The notes below the pieces were generated by a model that worked only from the letters and a program-made list of their open reading frames with translations, did not search any database and had not been told where the DNA came from. The position numbers were made by a program, and so were the translations under genes. Positions 45,162 through 54,436 of a DNA stretch of 64,000 nt are shown piece after piece. The stretch comes from an uncultured virus (IMG/VR IMGVR_UViG_3300028914_000084) (Duplodnaviria; Heunggongvirae; Uroviricota; Caudoviricetes): IMG/VR virus record IMGVR_UViG_3300028914_000084; one strand, written 5' to 3'. Position 1 is the stretch's first letter. The number at the start of each line of letters is the position of its first letter.

Positions 45162-48100
45162 TTATTCAAACACATCTTTTAAACTTCTAATAACTTCTGC
45201 ATATATAATAAATGTCTTGTCAGTATTAGTTTGAGATATGTTAGTTTGTGTGTCATAAGAATATGTTTTTTTAATGTTGTTAAGTTGAGTAATAAGAGTA
45301 GTATCAGTTATTTGTGTGTCAGTTGGTGTTGCTAATTGATAGTAAACTGAAACATTATTATCTTCTAACCAGTCAGTATATTCTTGTTTAGTAGTGAAAC
45401 CATCGATTTTAAATGTCATTTTTTTACCACTATTCCATCCGAATTCTCCACTTTGAATGTTTGTAGTTATACTTGTTGCATAATAATGATATTCAAAATG
45501 GCTAGAATAAGCACTCATTGTTGCTCCAATTGCTCTAATGTCATTTGGCATTTCATTTGTACTTTGTAAAACATTATTTGTTAATGTCCAATCTTCAGTA
45601 CCATTTAATACTACTTTACCAATTTCACTATGTTTGTACCAATTACCATTACTTTCATATATGTAATCTTGATATGTTCCTATTTTACATAATTCCATAC
45701 TACCTAAATTGATAGGGAATACTTGACTTTCAGTATTATCACTATTTGATATTGTTATTGTGTTGTTTCCACTTACTACATTTACTTGACTAGGTCTACT
45801 TGGACTTGGACTTGGTGTTACAAAGTTGTAATGTAAATCTATATAAGGTAGTAAATTACTTGTATCAGTGTTTATATTTGTTATAGGGTAGATAGTTGCA
45901 TTATATAAAGCATTTAATTGATTTACTAGTGTTGTATCAGTTATTTCAGTTGTTGTTGGTGTAGCATAAGGGTAATATACTATTACATTATTTTGAGATA
46001 ACCAAGTTTGGAATTGTTGTGTTGTCATTTCTTTTGTAGCATTGTAATAAAAACCAAATGAGTTATATGAAAATATTGCATTTGTAGGATATATACAATC
46101 TTGTAAATACCAAGCTTTGCTTCGACTACCACTTACAAATTTATTGCAGTAAAAAGGTGCATTTTCTTGTGTTGCATCAGTTGAATATATATTTGTACCA
46201 ATATCTATTGAAAAACTATAATAACCAGTAGCGCTTGTTGCTTTTCTTGCTATTGGCTCAGTACCATTTAAAACAACCTTACCAATTGTTTTATATAAAT
46301 ACCATTTATTATTTTGTTTGTATATTCTGTCTTGATATGTACTTATTTTGCATAATTCCATATTACCTAGATTTATTGGATATGTTGTACTTTGAGTATC
46401 ATCACCGTTTGTAATAGTTATATTTTGTGTTCCTGTTACTATATCAATGTTACTAGGTCTTTTAGGTGATGGCGAAGGTGTTACCACATTATAATGTAAA
46501 TCTATATAAGGTAGTAGGTTAGTTGTATCAGTGTTTATATTTGTTATAGGGTAGATAGTTGCATTATATAAAGCATTTAATTGATTTACTAGTGTTGTAT
46601 CAGTTATTTCAGTTGTTGAAGTCTGCTGAGGATAATATACATTAGTATTATGTGTTCCTAACCAAGTTGTCCAATTCCCTACACTTGTTTCACTAGAATT
46701 AAACATTATTGAATTTCCACCATCACGAATGGCAAATAATCCTGCCCTATTACTAGGGTATGATTTGGCATTTATAAAATAATTTGACAAAGCATCTATA
46801 TAATTTGAAATAGAATGTATTATATTAGTATTAATATAATAATTACCTGATGTATCACTGCCTTTATACCACCCTGTTTCACTACCATTTAAAGTGATTT
46901 TACCAATATTTTTTTCTAAATACCACTTATCATTTCTCTTGTAGATTCTATCTTGATAAGTTGATATTTTGCATAATTCTATATTGCCTAAATTTACTTG
47001 ATATGTTGTTCCTTGAAATGTTTCGTATGTTGTAGCTATGTTATTTTTTTCAACTTGAATTGTTCCAGCTATTTCTTGTAATGTTTTTGCTGGGTTTGTA
47101 TCATTAGCTTTTATAAACATATATAAATATTTTGCATTAGGGCTTGTTGTCAAAGTTAATGAAGTAGCACTATTATAACCACTTCGTTGTCCTGCATAAC
47201 TTAAAGCATAATCTCCAATAACAGCAATATCTTCAGTATCGAATATACAAAATCTATCATTACCAAATAGTTCAGTCTTTGATACAGTGTAAGTCGTATT
47301 AGGTTGACAAGGTATATAAATACAACCCCTACCTACGTTTGTTTCGGTTATTTTATTTGAATTTGATAAATAAATATTTTGGGTATTTATATTATTCTTA
47401 TCTAATAAGTTTTTACCACATACTTTAACATTTTGTGTTCCTGTTACTACCTCTATATTTTGTGGATAACTTGGGTTAGGTATACTTGCTACACTATCGT
47501 AAATGAATGCTCCAGTCCCTTGATTAATGTAGAACACATTGTTTACCAAATCATATAGACCAATTTCATTATCACTATTTCGATAGCAAGGTATAAAATC
47601 TCTTACTAATGTTCCATTATAATACATTTTACAAGCCCATAATTTGAATGTTCCTTTATATTGTGTAGCATTTGAATTTCTACCAAACAACCAAAAATTA
47701 AGTTCTACATTATCAATATTTGTTGGTATTGTTGTAGTAGTTGTATTATCTAAAACTACTTTCCCTTCTGGTACATTTAAGTCCCATAAATGTCTATCTG
47801 TGCTTGCTGAGTTTATTATACCGTAATTTGCATCATTTACCCAAAATGCTATTGAATTTGAACCACTTAAAAGGTGATATCTTTTATTAGGTGTACCTAT
47901 ATTTATTGCACCCATTGTTTGATTAGCATTTGTTGGGTTAATAAAAGAAATATCTAAAATAGTTCTTAATTTAGTATCTGCATTTATTCCAGTATCAATA
48001 TATTGACCACCTGTACTTCGAATATAATCAACTTGAGTGTATTCACTTGGTAATATTGCATTTGCTTGATAAGTATTACCACTTATTTCAATAGTATTTT

Positions 48101-49943
48101 CTTTATTAGTGTTTACATCACTTACATATATGCTTGTGTTTGATACACTTGTTCCTTGTTCTTCTGAAATTGTTTCTTGATAAGTATTACCACTCATTTC
48201 AATAGTATTTTCTTTATCAGTGTTTACATCACTTATATATATACTAGTATTTGATACACTTGTTCCTTGATCTTCAGGAATTACTACTTGACTTGTATTT
48301 CCTTTTAGGTCTATTTCTCTAAATTTTACTTTTGCGGTATTATTTAACTCTATTGTTGTATCTTCATCACTGACCGTTGGAAAAGCATTATACAACATTT
48401 CTAATTCAGCAAGTTGTTCATTTTGAATCTCTTGTTCATCTTTAATGTCAGAGATGTCATTTTCATTAGTTGTTATTTGTGTTTTTTCTTCTGCCGTAAC
48501 AAATTTATTAGTGTTATTAGTATCATCAACTAAATCACTAGCTAATTTATTATTTTCAGTTATTTCAGATTGTAAACCACTTACTAAATCAGCTACACTA
48601 AATCTTACTTCTTGCCCATTTTTTAATGTTAATACTATTTCTTTTGTTGCACTATCATAAGCTGCGCCTACTACCATTGTTTCAAGTGGTAGGTCTATTG
48701 ACTGCGTACTTAAAACTTGATTATTTCTTGTTTTTAATACAGCTGTCATTATATAAGTTAATGGGTCTATTGTTAAAGTAAGGTTTGAACCTGTCTCAGT
48801 TACTAATGAAAATCTAGTATCAGCTGCTGTTTTATTATAATAATGTGATAATCCATTAGTATCATTTGTAATAAAACCACTATCGTTTATCAAATCATTA
48901 GTTGTAGTTGGTACAGATATATTAACATTTTTATTAGCATCAATAGGAAGATTAACTCCGTTTTTAGATATACTTCCTACTTTATTAGTCCATGATGTTT
49001 TATCAGAAGATGTTACAAATTTATGTGAGGATTCAGTATCATCAACTAAATCACTAGCTAATTTATTATTTTCAGTTATTTCAGATTGTAAACCACTTAT
49101 TAAATCGCCTAATGGTATTTCTATAGTATTACCGTTTTCAAGAGTTAATATAATTTTTTTAGTTTCTGTATCATATGTACCACTAACTACAACACTTTCT
49201 AATGGTAAATCTATAACGTTGGATTCTGATAATAATATATTATTTTTATCGTAAATCATTGCTTTAACTTGATATGTTTGATTGTTTATATCAAGTTTTA
49301 TTTTATTAGCAGTTTCATCTATTGTTGAATATATAGTTAAATCTGGTTTATTTACTAATTCATTATAATCTGTAGTACCTTTATCACCTTTAGGAATACC
49401 AAAGTTAAATATTGGATTTCTTTCAGTACCAACATTTTCTACAGTTGCTTGAGAACCTTCTGGTAAAGTTGTAGTGCTACCAATTTCTATTGTAGGTAGA
49501 TTATTATCTATATAATCTATTAATTCTGGTTTAGCATTGGCTATTAAAGTCTGCATAGATTGATAATATTGTTCAAACTCATCTGGAGTGGGTTGTGTTG
49601 GACTTATGCTATTTTCTATATAACTACCTTTATTAACATAGAAATGAGTTGGTTCTGGAGAATATCTTAATTTTAATTCATTATCTTCTAATTCATAAGC
49701 ATAAACTCCAAATGTATAAGTCCCTGGATTCTTTAATATATCATATGGTATATTGCATTCATCATTTGCGATAACCATTTCGTAAACAGTTCCATCATTT
49801 CCAACAAACAAAGCTTTCTTAACATAATTATCTATATATTCTTCAGAGAAATCGAAGTAAAACTTATTGATATTATATTCTCCGGAGTTTAATATTACGT
49901 CATTTTGAATCTCACATATATTAGCTGTTACTTTTACTCTCAT
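45162..49943 (-). CDS. Large tail fibre/receptor-binding protein with internal repeats
   Basis: BppU-like N-terminus, FNFGIPKGDKG, repeated modules, YTQVDYIRSTG...DFIPC lectin-like insert. Confidence 0.75.
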   Translation of the reverse strand: MRVKVTANICEIQNDVILNSGEYNINKFYFDFSEEYIDNYVKKALFVGNDGTVYEMVIANDECNIPYDILKNPGTYTFGVYAYELEDNELKLRYSPEPTHFYVNKGSYIENSISPTQPTPDEFEQYYQSMQTLIANAKPELIDYIDNNLPTIEIGSTTTLPEGSQATVENVGTERNPIFNFGIPKGDKGTTDYNELVNKPDLTIYSTIDETANKIKLDINNQTYQVKAMIYDKNNILLSESNVIDLPLESVVVSGTYDTETKKIILTLENGNTIEIPLGDLISGLQSEITENNKLASDLVDDTESSHKFVTSSDKTSWTNKVGSISKNGVNLPIDANKNVNISVPTTTNDLINDSGFITNDTNGLSHYYNKTAADTRFSLVTETGSNLTLTIDPLTYIMTAVLKTRNNQVLSTQSIDLPLETMVVGAAYDSATKEIVLTLKNGQEVRFSVADLVSGLQSEITENNKLASDLVDDTNNTNKFVTAEEKTQITTNENDISDIKDEQEIQNEQLAELEMLYNAFPTVSDEDTTIELNNTAKVKFREIDLKGNTSQVVIPEDQGTSVSNTSIYISDVNTDKENTIEMSGNTYQETISEEQGTSVSNTSIYVSDVNTNKENTIEISGNTYQANAILPSEYTQVDYIRSTGGQYIDTGINADTKLRTILDISFINPTNANQTMGAINIGTPNKRYHLLSGSNSIAFWVNDANYGIINSASTDRHLWDLNVPEGKVVLDNTTTTTIPTNIDNVELNFWLFGRNSNATQYKGTFKLWACKMYYNGTLVRDFIPCYRNSDNEIGLYDLVNNVFYINQGTGAFIYDSVASIPNPSYPQNIEVVTGTQNVKVCGKNLLDKNNINTQNIYLSNSNKITETNVGRGCIYIPCQPNTTYTVSKTELFGNDRFCIFDTEDIAVIGDYALSYAGQRSGYNSATSLTLTTSPNAKYLYMFIKANDTNPAKTLQEIAGTIQVEKNNIATTYETFQGTTYQVNLGNIELCKISTYQDRIYKRNDKWYLEKNIGKITLNGSETGWYKGSDTSGNYYINTNIIHSISNYIDALSNYFINAKSYPSNRAGLFAIRDGGNSIMFNSSETSVGNWTTWLGTHNTNVYYPQQTSTTEITDTTLVNQLNALYNATIYPITNINTDTTNLLPYIDLHYNVVTPSPSPKRPSNIDIVTGTQNITITNGDDTQSTTYPINLGNMELCKISTYQDRIYKQNNKWYLYKTIGKVVLNGTEPIARKATSATGYYSFSIDIGTNIYSTDATQENAPFYCNKFVSGSRSKAWYLQDCIYPTNAIFSYNSFGFYYNATKEMTTQQFQTWLSQNNVIVYYPYATPTTTEITDTTLVNQLNALYNATIYPITNINTDTSNLLPYIDLHYNFVTPSPSPSRPSQVNVVSGNNTITISNSDNTESQVFPINLGSMELCKIGTYQDYIYESNGNWYKHSEIGKVVLNGTEDWTLTNNVLQSTNEMPNDIRAIGATMSAYSSHFEYHYYATSITTNIQSGEFGWNSGKKMTFKIDGFTTKQEYTDWLEDNNVSVYYQLATPTDTQITDTTLITQLNNIKKTYSYDTQTNISQTNTDKTFIIYAEVIRSLKDVFE
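45860..46618. repeat. 96-bp perfect direct repeat (45860-45955 and 46523-46618)
   Basis: Direct comparison of the two copies. Confidence 0.85.
48065..48269. repeat. Tandem repeat with 111-bp period
   Basis: Encodes QGTSVSNTSIY..D.NT.KENTIE.SGNTYQ twice. Confidence 0.85.
48519..49099. repeat. 65-bp perfect direct repeat (48519-48583 and 49035-49099)
   Basis: Encodes SGLQSEITENNKLASDLVDDT twice. Confidence 0.85.
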
Positions 49944-49956
49944 TTAATCACCTCCT

Positions 49957-50760
49957 CTATTTATATCCTAATATTTTCATAGGTATACATGTATTATTTT
50001 GTGTTTCTGTAGTCCAACTTTGATCGTTACACCATCTACCAACAGCATCATGTATTAAAAGATGAGTTGAATCTGTAAATACAACAGCTCTCATCGCAAT
50101 ATATACATAATTTTGATTTACAAATAATGCTTGTAGCATTGTTGATTTATTTTTTTCAACTTTACAGCATAACTCTCCTCTAAAATTGGTATCATTATAA
50201 TTTATATAATATATTTCTAAAAAAGAATAATCGTCAGACGATAAAGCTATTGTTTGTCGCGCAAACGTTGAATAAGAATCATTGGTCCATAAAACAACAG
50301 GTGCTAAATCATCAATTCTTTCATTTGTATCTACGATATCAGAATTTATTTCATCGATAGCATCATTTACCGCTTTAACACTTGGCGCATTTGTTTCTGA
50401 ATCACTTGTTAAATCTTGTAATATTATTCTACCACAATCTAATAATTTTGTTTCTGTTTCACTATAATAATATAAATTAAAATTACTCATATCCAAATAT
50501 AAGTGGATAGTATCTGGTGCATCACCAACACTACTCCAAGTATCAGTACCAGTAGCTGTATATATTAAATTTGTTAATGTGTTATAATATAAATCTCCTT
50601 CAGAACATTCTTCAGGTTCTGTGTCGGTTACTATTAACAATTTTACTAATCCTATTTTATCGTCAACTACTATTTCTATATTATCTTGCATTGCATTAAG
50701 ATTAGTAGCATCAATAGGCGTTTGAGTACTAGGTAAATCTTGAAAAGGTATTTTATTCAT
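49957..50760 (-). CDS. Minor tail/fibre protein
   Basis: TPIDATNLNAMQ, APSVKAV, IPMKILGYK fibre-like motifs. Confidence 0.65.
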   Translation of the reverse strand: MNKIPFQDLPSTQTPIDATNLNAMQDNIEIVVDDKIGLVKLLIVTDTEPEECSEGDLYYNTLTNLIYTATGTDTWSSVGDAPDTIHLYLDMSNFNLYYYSETETKLLDCGRIILQDLTSDSETNAPSVKAVNDAIDEINSDIVDTNERIDDLAPVVLWTNDSYSTFARQTIALSSDDYSFLEIYYINYNDTNFRGELCCKVEKNKSTMLQALFVNQNYVYIAMRAVVFTDSTHLLIHDAVGRWCNDQSWTTETQNNTCIPMKILGYK

Positions 50761-50764
50761 ATAT

Positions 50765-53365
50765 TCACACTCCTTTATCCATATTCATATAACCGAATAT
50801 ATTTAATGTTAATCGTCCAGCTCCGCTATACACATTTCCATATGGTTTATCAGCTGGTGTAGCCATAGATGTTTTTACAAATAATTGTCCACGTCCTACT
50901 GTTTCTATATTTTCTAAATCTACTGGCACTTCAATTGTATCTATATGTCCTGCTTCACTATTTTCAGGTGTATAAGTAAGTTTCTTTCTCTTTGGGTCCA
51001 ATCCTTTGACGATTTCAGTACCGCTATATTCCGAATAACTACCCATTAAATCACTGTCCATAACATAAAATAATGAAAAAGTATTATTCTTATCGCCTTT
51101 GTACAATTTTAAATCTTGACATTTGCCTATTATATCGGAACCATTTAAACCGGAATGAACCGGAGTCGTCTGTAGTACTAAATAAGCGCTAGTTGGTGTA
51201 AAATTATCTGGTATATAATAATCAACTGCTAAAGATTTCTTAATCAATACGGATGGTCCACTACCCATAGTTGTTGTAAAACCTATAGTATCCCATCCAG
51301 AGAAAACACCACCACTAGTATATTGTAAATTTGTGAATAATCCTTGACCACCGATTACTTTTTTACCTTCCCCTAAATATATGTCTCCCATAAATTTACC
51401 ATTATTAGCTTCTATAGATCCGTCCGGTAGTATTTTAAAATTACCATTAGCCGTAACAGTACCTTCTAATAATATTTGACCCGGTATCAGATTTATTTTA
51501 GATATGATATTTTTACTAGAAGTGGCATCCATAACATTATTATTAACACTTAATTCTATTTCGCTAGCCGTTTGTTTAATTTTACTAGTTAAATCTAATT
51601 GTGTCGCAAACATGTCTGTGAATTCATTACTTATAGCATAAGTTATGTCCATTGATGAATTATATGGTGAACAACTTAATGTATTGTTACCTTTGTGTAA
51701 TGGTATAGCTAATAAACCACAATCTATAACTTCCTCATTTTGAAGTATGTATTGTTGTCCATCAGAATCTAAACCTATACGTCTAGTAAGAGTTGCTTCA
51801 CCTAAATTATTTAAATCAAATTCATCATATACATTTCCTACTTTACCTAAATAATCAAATGGTAAACGTATTTTATCTTGTTTTTGTATATTATTAACTG
51901 TGTAATTTACAGTAATATGTGGATAACCAGATGGATATAATGTACTGCTAGGATATACACTTCTTCCAGGAAATGTAGGTATCATTTCCCCAGTTAAATG
52001 TAAAGTTTGTAATGGTCCCTCTGCACAATTAGATAAAGTTACTGAATTTGTACCAGATGTAGACCTAATTAAATCTATAAATCTATCAGCATTTATGTCT
52101 AATTTCCAAGTATCATCATTTGTATCAAGGTAATATTTTATATAATTGTTATTATCACCTATAGCTAACTGACCTGTTGAATCCATAAATATTCCTCTAG
52201 AATTAGCAGATACAGAATTTTTAACACCTGAATAAATAGAGTTAGCAGTTATATGAAATCCACCAATAGTTGCTCCGAAAGCTACTAAATCTGTAACATT
52301 TACTTTATCTGCTGTTATAGTATGAGCAGTTATAACGCTACCATTTATACTATTATATTGGGTTTGCTCAGATGTTACTGATTCACCATCTGTATTAAGT
52401 TTATAATATAATCCGTCAGAACCTAATACAACTAATTTATCAGCTTTAATAGTATTACCCTCTATTAAATCACCTTTAATAGTAACACCAACTAATTCAC
52501 CTGTTATATGACCAGACTGAACCACTAGATCATTTATTATACCTGAATCAGCAAATATCTTTTCAACAGCGGCTGTACCTATGTTAGCAAAATCTATTTG
52601 TGCATAATCGGTTTCTAAAGTATTTGTTTTTAAATCGTTTACAACAATAGAACTCAAACCAGTTAACACTCCATCTTGAATAGTAAAACCAGTATTTAAA
52701 ATTCGTATATCAGAGTCGAATACTTCCAAAGTATTACCCTGTGCATTGATAACATTACCTTGAGCATTTACTGTATTGTCAATAAGACTCATATTATTAT
52801 TAATAGCTGTTATGCTATTATTTTGCGAAACAATTGTATCATTCAAAGAAGATATTTGACTTCCTTGTACTGATATTGAACTATTTATTGATGTTATATC
52901 AGAATTTATAGAGCGTATTTCAGAATCATGAACCTGTATTTTGTTATTCTGCGCATCAATAACATTATTATATGAATTTATTATATTATTCTGTTCTTGT
53001 ATCGAGTTATTTATTTGAATAATAGAATTTCCTTGCTGAGTTATTGAATTATCCAATTGTCTAATACTATTGCCATTTTGATCAACTGTTTGTGATAGGT
53101 CTGTAACAGTGGCTGTTCTAGCCATTGGTGAGGAAATGTTATCAGTAACAGTAGCAGTATGGTCTTTTATAAGAACTTCTACACGTTCATCATTCTTTAT
53201 TTCAACAGTAGTAGAAACAGGAGTCAATATGTCAGAACCGTCAAGTTGAACATATTCTGTATTATTTACTATTTTTACAGTACCTTTTAATGTTGTTTCT
53301 TTTTTAGGTTCTTTAGGTGTTGCTAATTTAGCAAATTGTTTTATTAAAGAACTCGATAATGCCAT
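50765..53365 (-). CDS. Minor tail (tip/central fibre) protein
   Basis: Long coiled coil, ITAHTITADK repeats, GATIGGF; start reassigned to MALSS. Confidence 0.7.
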   Translation of the reverse strand: MALSSSLIKQFAKLATPKEPKKETTLKGTVKIVNNTEYVQLDGSDILTPVSTTVEIKNDERVEVLIKDHTATVTDNISSPMARTATVTDLSQTVDQNGNSIRQLDNSITQQGNSIIQINNSIQEQNNIINSYNNVIDAQNNKIQVHDSEIRSINSDITSINSSISVQGSQISSLNDTIVSQNNSITAINNNMSLIDNTVNAQGNVINAQGNTLEVFDSDIRILNTGFTIQDGVLTGLSSIVVNDLKTNTLETDYAQIDFANIGTAAVEKIFADSGIINDLVVQSGHITGELVGVTIKGDLIEGNTIKADKLVVLGSDGLYYKLNTDGESVTSEQTQYNSINGSVITAHTITADKVNVTDLVAFGATIGGFHITANSIYSGVKNSVSANSRGIFMDSTGQLAIGDNNNYIKYYLDTNDDTWKLDINADRFIDLIRSTSGTNSVTLSNCAEGPLQTLHLTGEMIPTFPGRSVYPSSTLYPSGYPHITVNYTVNNIQKQDKIRLPFDYLGKVGNVYDEFDLNNLGEATLTRRIGLDSDGQQYILQNEEVIDCGLLAIPLHKGNNTLSCSPYNSSMDITYAISNEFTDMFATQLDLTSKIKQTASEIELSVNNNVMDATSSKNIISKINLIPGQILLEGTVTANGNFKILPDGSIEANNGKFMGDIYLGEGKKVIGGQGLFTNLQYTSGGVFSGWDTIGFTTTMGSGPSVLIKKSLAVDYYIPDNFTPTSAYLVLQTTPVHSGLNGSDIIGKCQDLKLYKGDKNNTFSLFYVMDSDLMGSYSEYSGTEIVKGLDPKRKKLTYTPENSEAGHIDTIEVPVDLENIETVGRGQLFVKTSMATPADKPYGNVYSGAGRLTLNIFGYMNMDKGV

Positions 53366-53376
53366 ATTGACACCTC

Positions 53377-54435
53377 CTATTTCCAAAGTTTTTTAGTAAA
53401 TGTAACAGTAGTACTTACTGTACATTCTTTATCACATCTTATAGATTGTGAAATTATTTTAGCTTTTATATTATTTAATTCTGCTTTTTTATAGTTCAAT
53501 CGTACGCAATCTCCTAATCGTAATGGGTAATATCCATGAGAAATATTCGCCGTATATTCGACAGACGATAGAGATGATAATAATTGTTCAGCATATTCAT
53601 CAACTTGTGCTCTTGTTGGTATACCATGTAAATCAGGATTCGTTACTCTATGAGTTATTTTACGACCTCTATTCTGTATAGACGTTGGACTATTAGGGTC
53701 TTCGTTCTTAACTATAGAAGTATATATCTCATTATTAATAGTTGTAATTACTTCGACTACATTAGGTATTCCAAATATATCATGTTTTAGTGATACATCT
53801 GGTAATAATATAGAGTTATCGTCGTCATTAAAAGTATACACCGGTTGTAAAGACTCAAACTTTTGTATAGGTGAGAATAAAATTTGACCCAATTCGTCTA
53901 AACCAAATTTATATTTAGCCTGGGATATCAAATCTGATGTAAAATCTAGATAAGTATCTTCTGTATTAGCTACGAAATTCTCAGTTAAAGTTTTATCTGA
54001 ACTTGTCTTGACAACCGGTGCTCTACAATTATCTCTTACTATTTGGTAAGCGTTTTCCATTATATCTTCGTTTTTTAATAAAGTATAACCCAAAGGAACT
54101 GGATTTTCTTTTAGTTCAATTAATGGTGAATAAGCAGTCATTGATACTGTTTTTATTTTACCATCAAAGTTAGAAGACGGAGTTTGAACCAAGAAGGTTC
54201 CTAAGGGTAATTTTAAAGTTTCTGTACCTTGAGTTACTATCATATAAATTCTTATATAACATTCACCAAGAGTATTTACTATTTCTATATTAGCCGTTTC
54301 TATTGTGGCTGATTCGTAATCTCTATTTATATCTGAAGAAATTATTCCTTCAATAAGTCGTTTATCTTTCCAAGTGTTTGGGTCTACCTCATAATATTCA
54401 AATTTTCGGACCATACCTTTAGTCCAATCTATCAT
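53377..54435 (-). CDS. Baseplate hub (Tal-like) protein
   Basis: Second gene after TMP; PNVVEV, LRLGDCVRL. Confidence 0.65.
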   Translation of the reverse strand: MIDWTKGMVRKFEYYEVDPNTWKDKRLIEGIISSDINRDYESATIETANIEIVNTLGECYIRIYMIVTQGTETLKLPLGTFLVQTPSSNFDGKIKTVSMTAYSPLIELKENPVPLGYTLLKNEDIMENAYQIVRDNCRAPVVKTSSDKTLTENFVANTEDTYLDFTSDLISQAKYKFGLDELGQILFSPIQKFESLQPVYTFNDDDNSILLPDVSLKHDIFGIPNVVEVITTINNEIYTSIVKNEDPNSPTSIQNRGRKITHRVTNPDLHGIPTRAQVDEYAEQLLSSLSSVEYTANISHGYYPLRLGDCVRLNYKKAELNNIKAKIISQSIRCDKECTVSTTVTFTKKLWK

Positions 54436-54436
54436 A

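Noticed and set aside
45829..46618. Diversity-generating retroelement TR/VR pair in the RBP
   Set aside because: Differences are not adenine-specific, both copies are coding, and no reverse transcriptase is present
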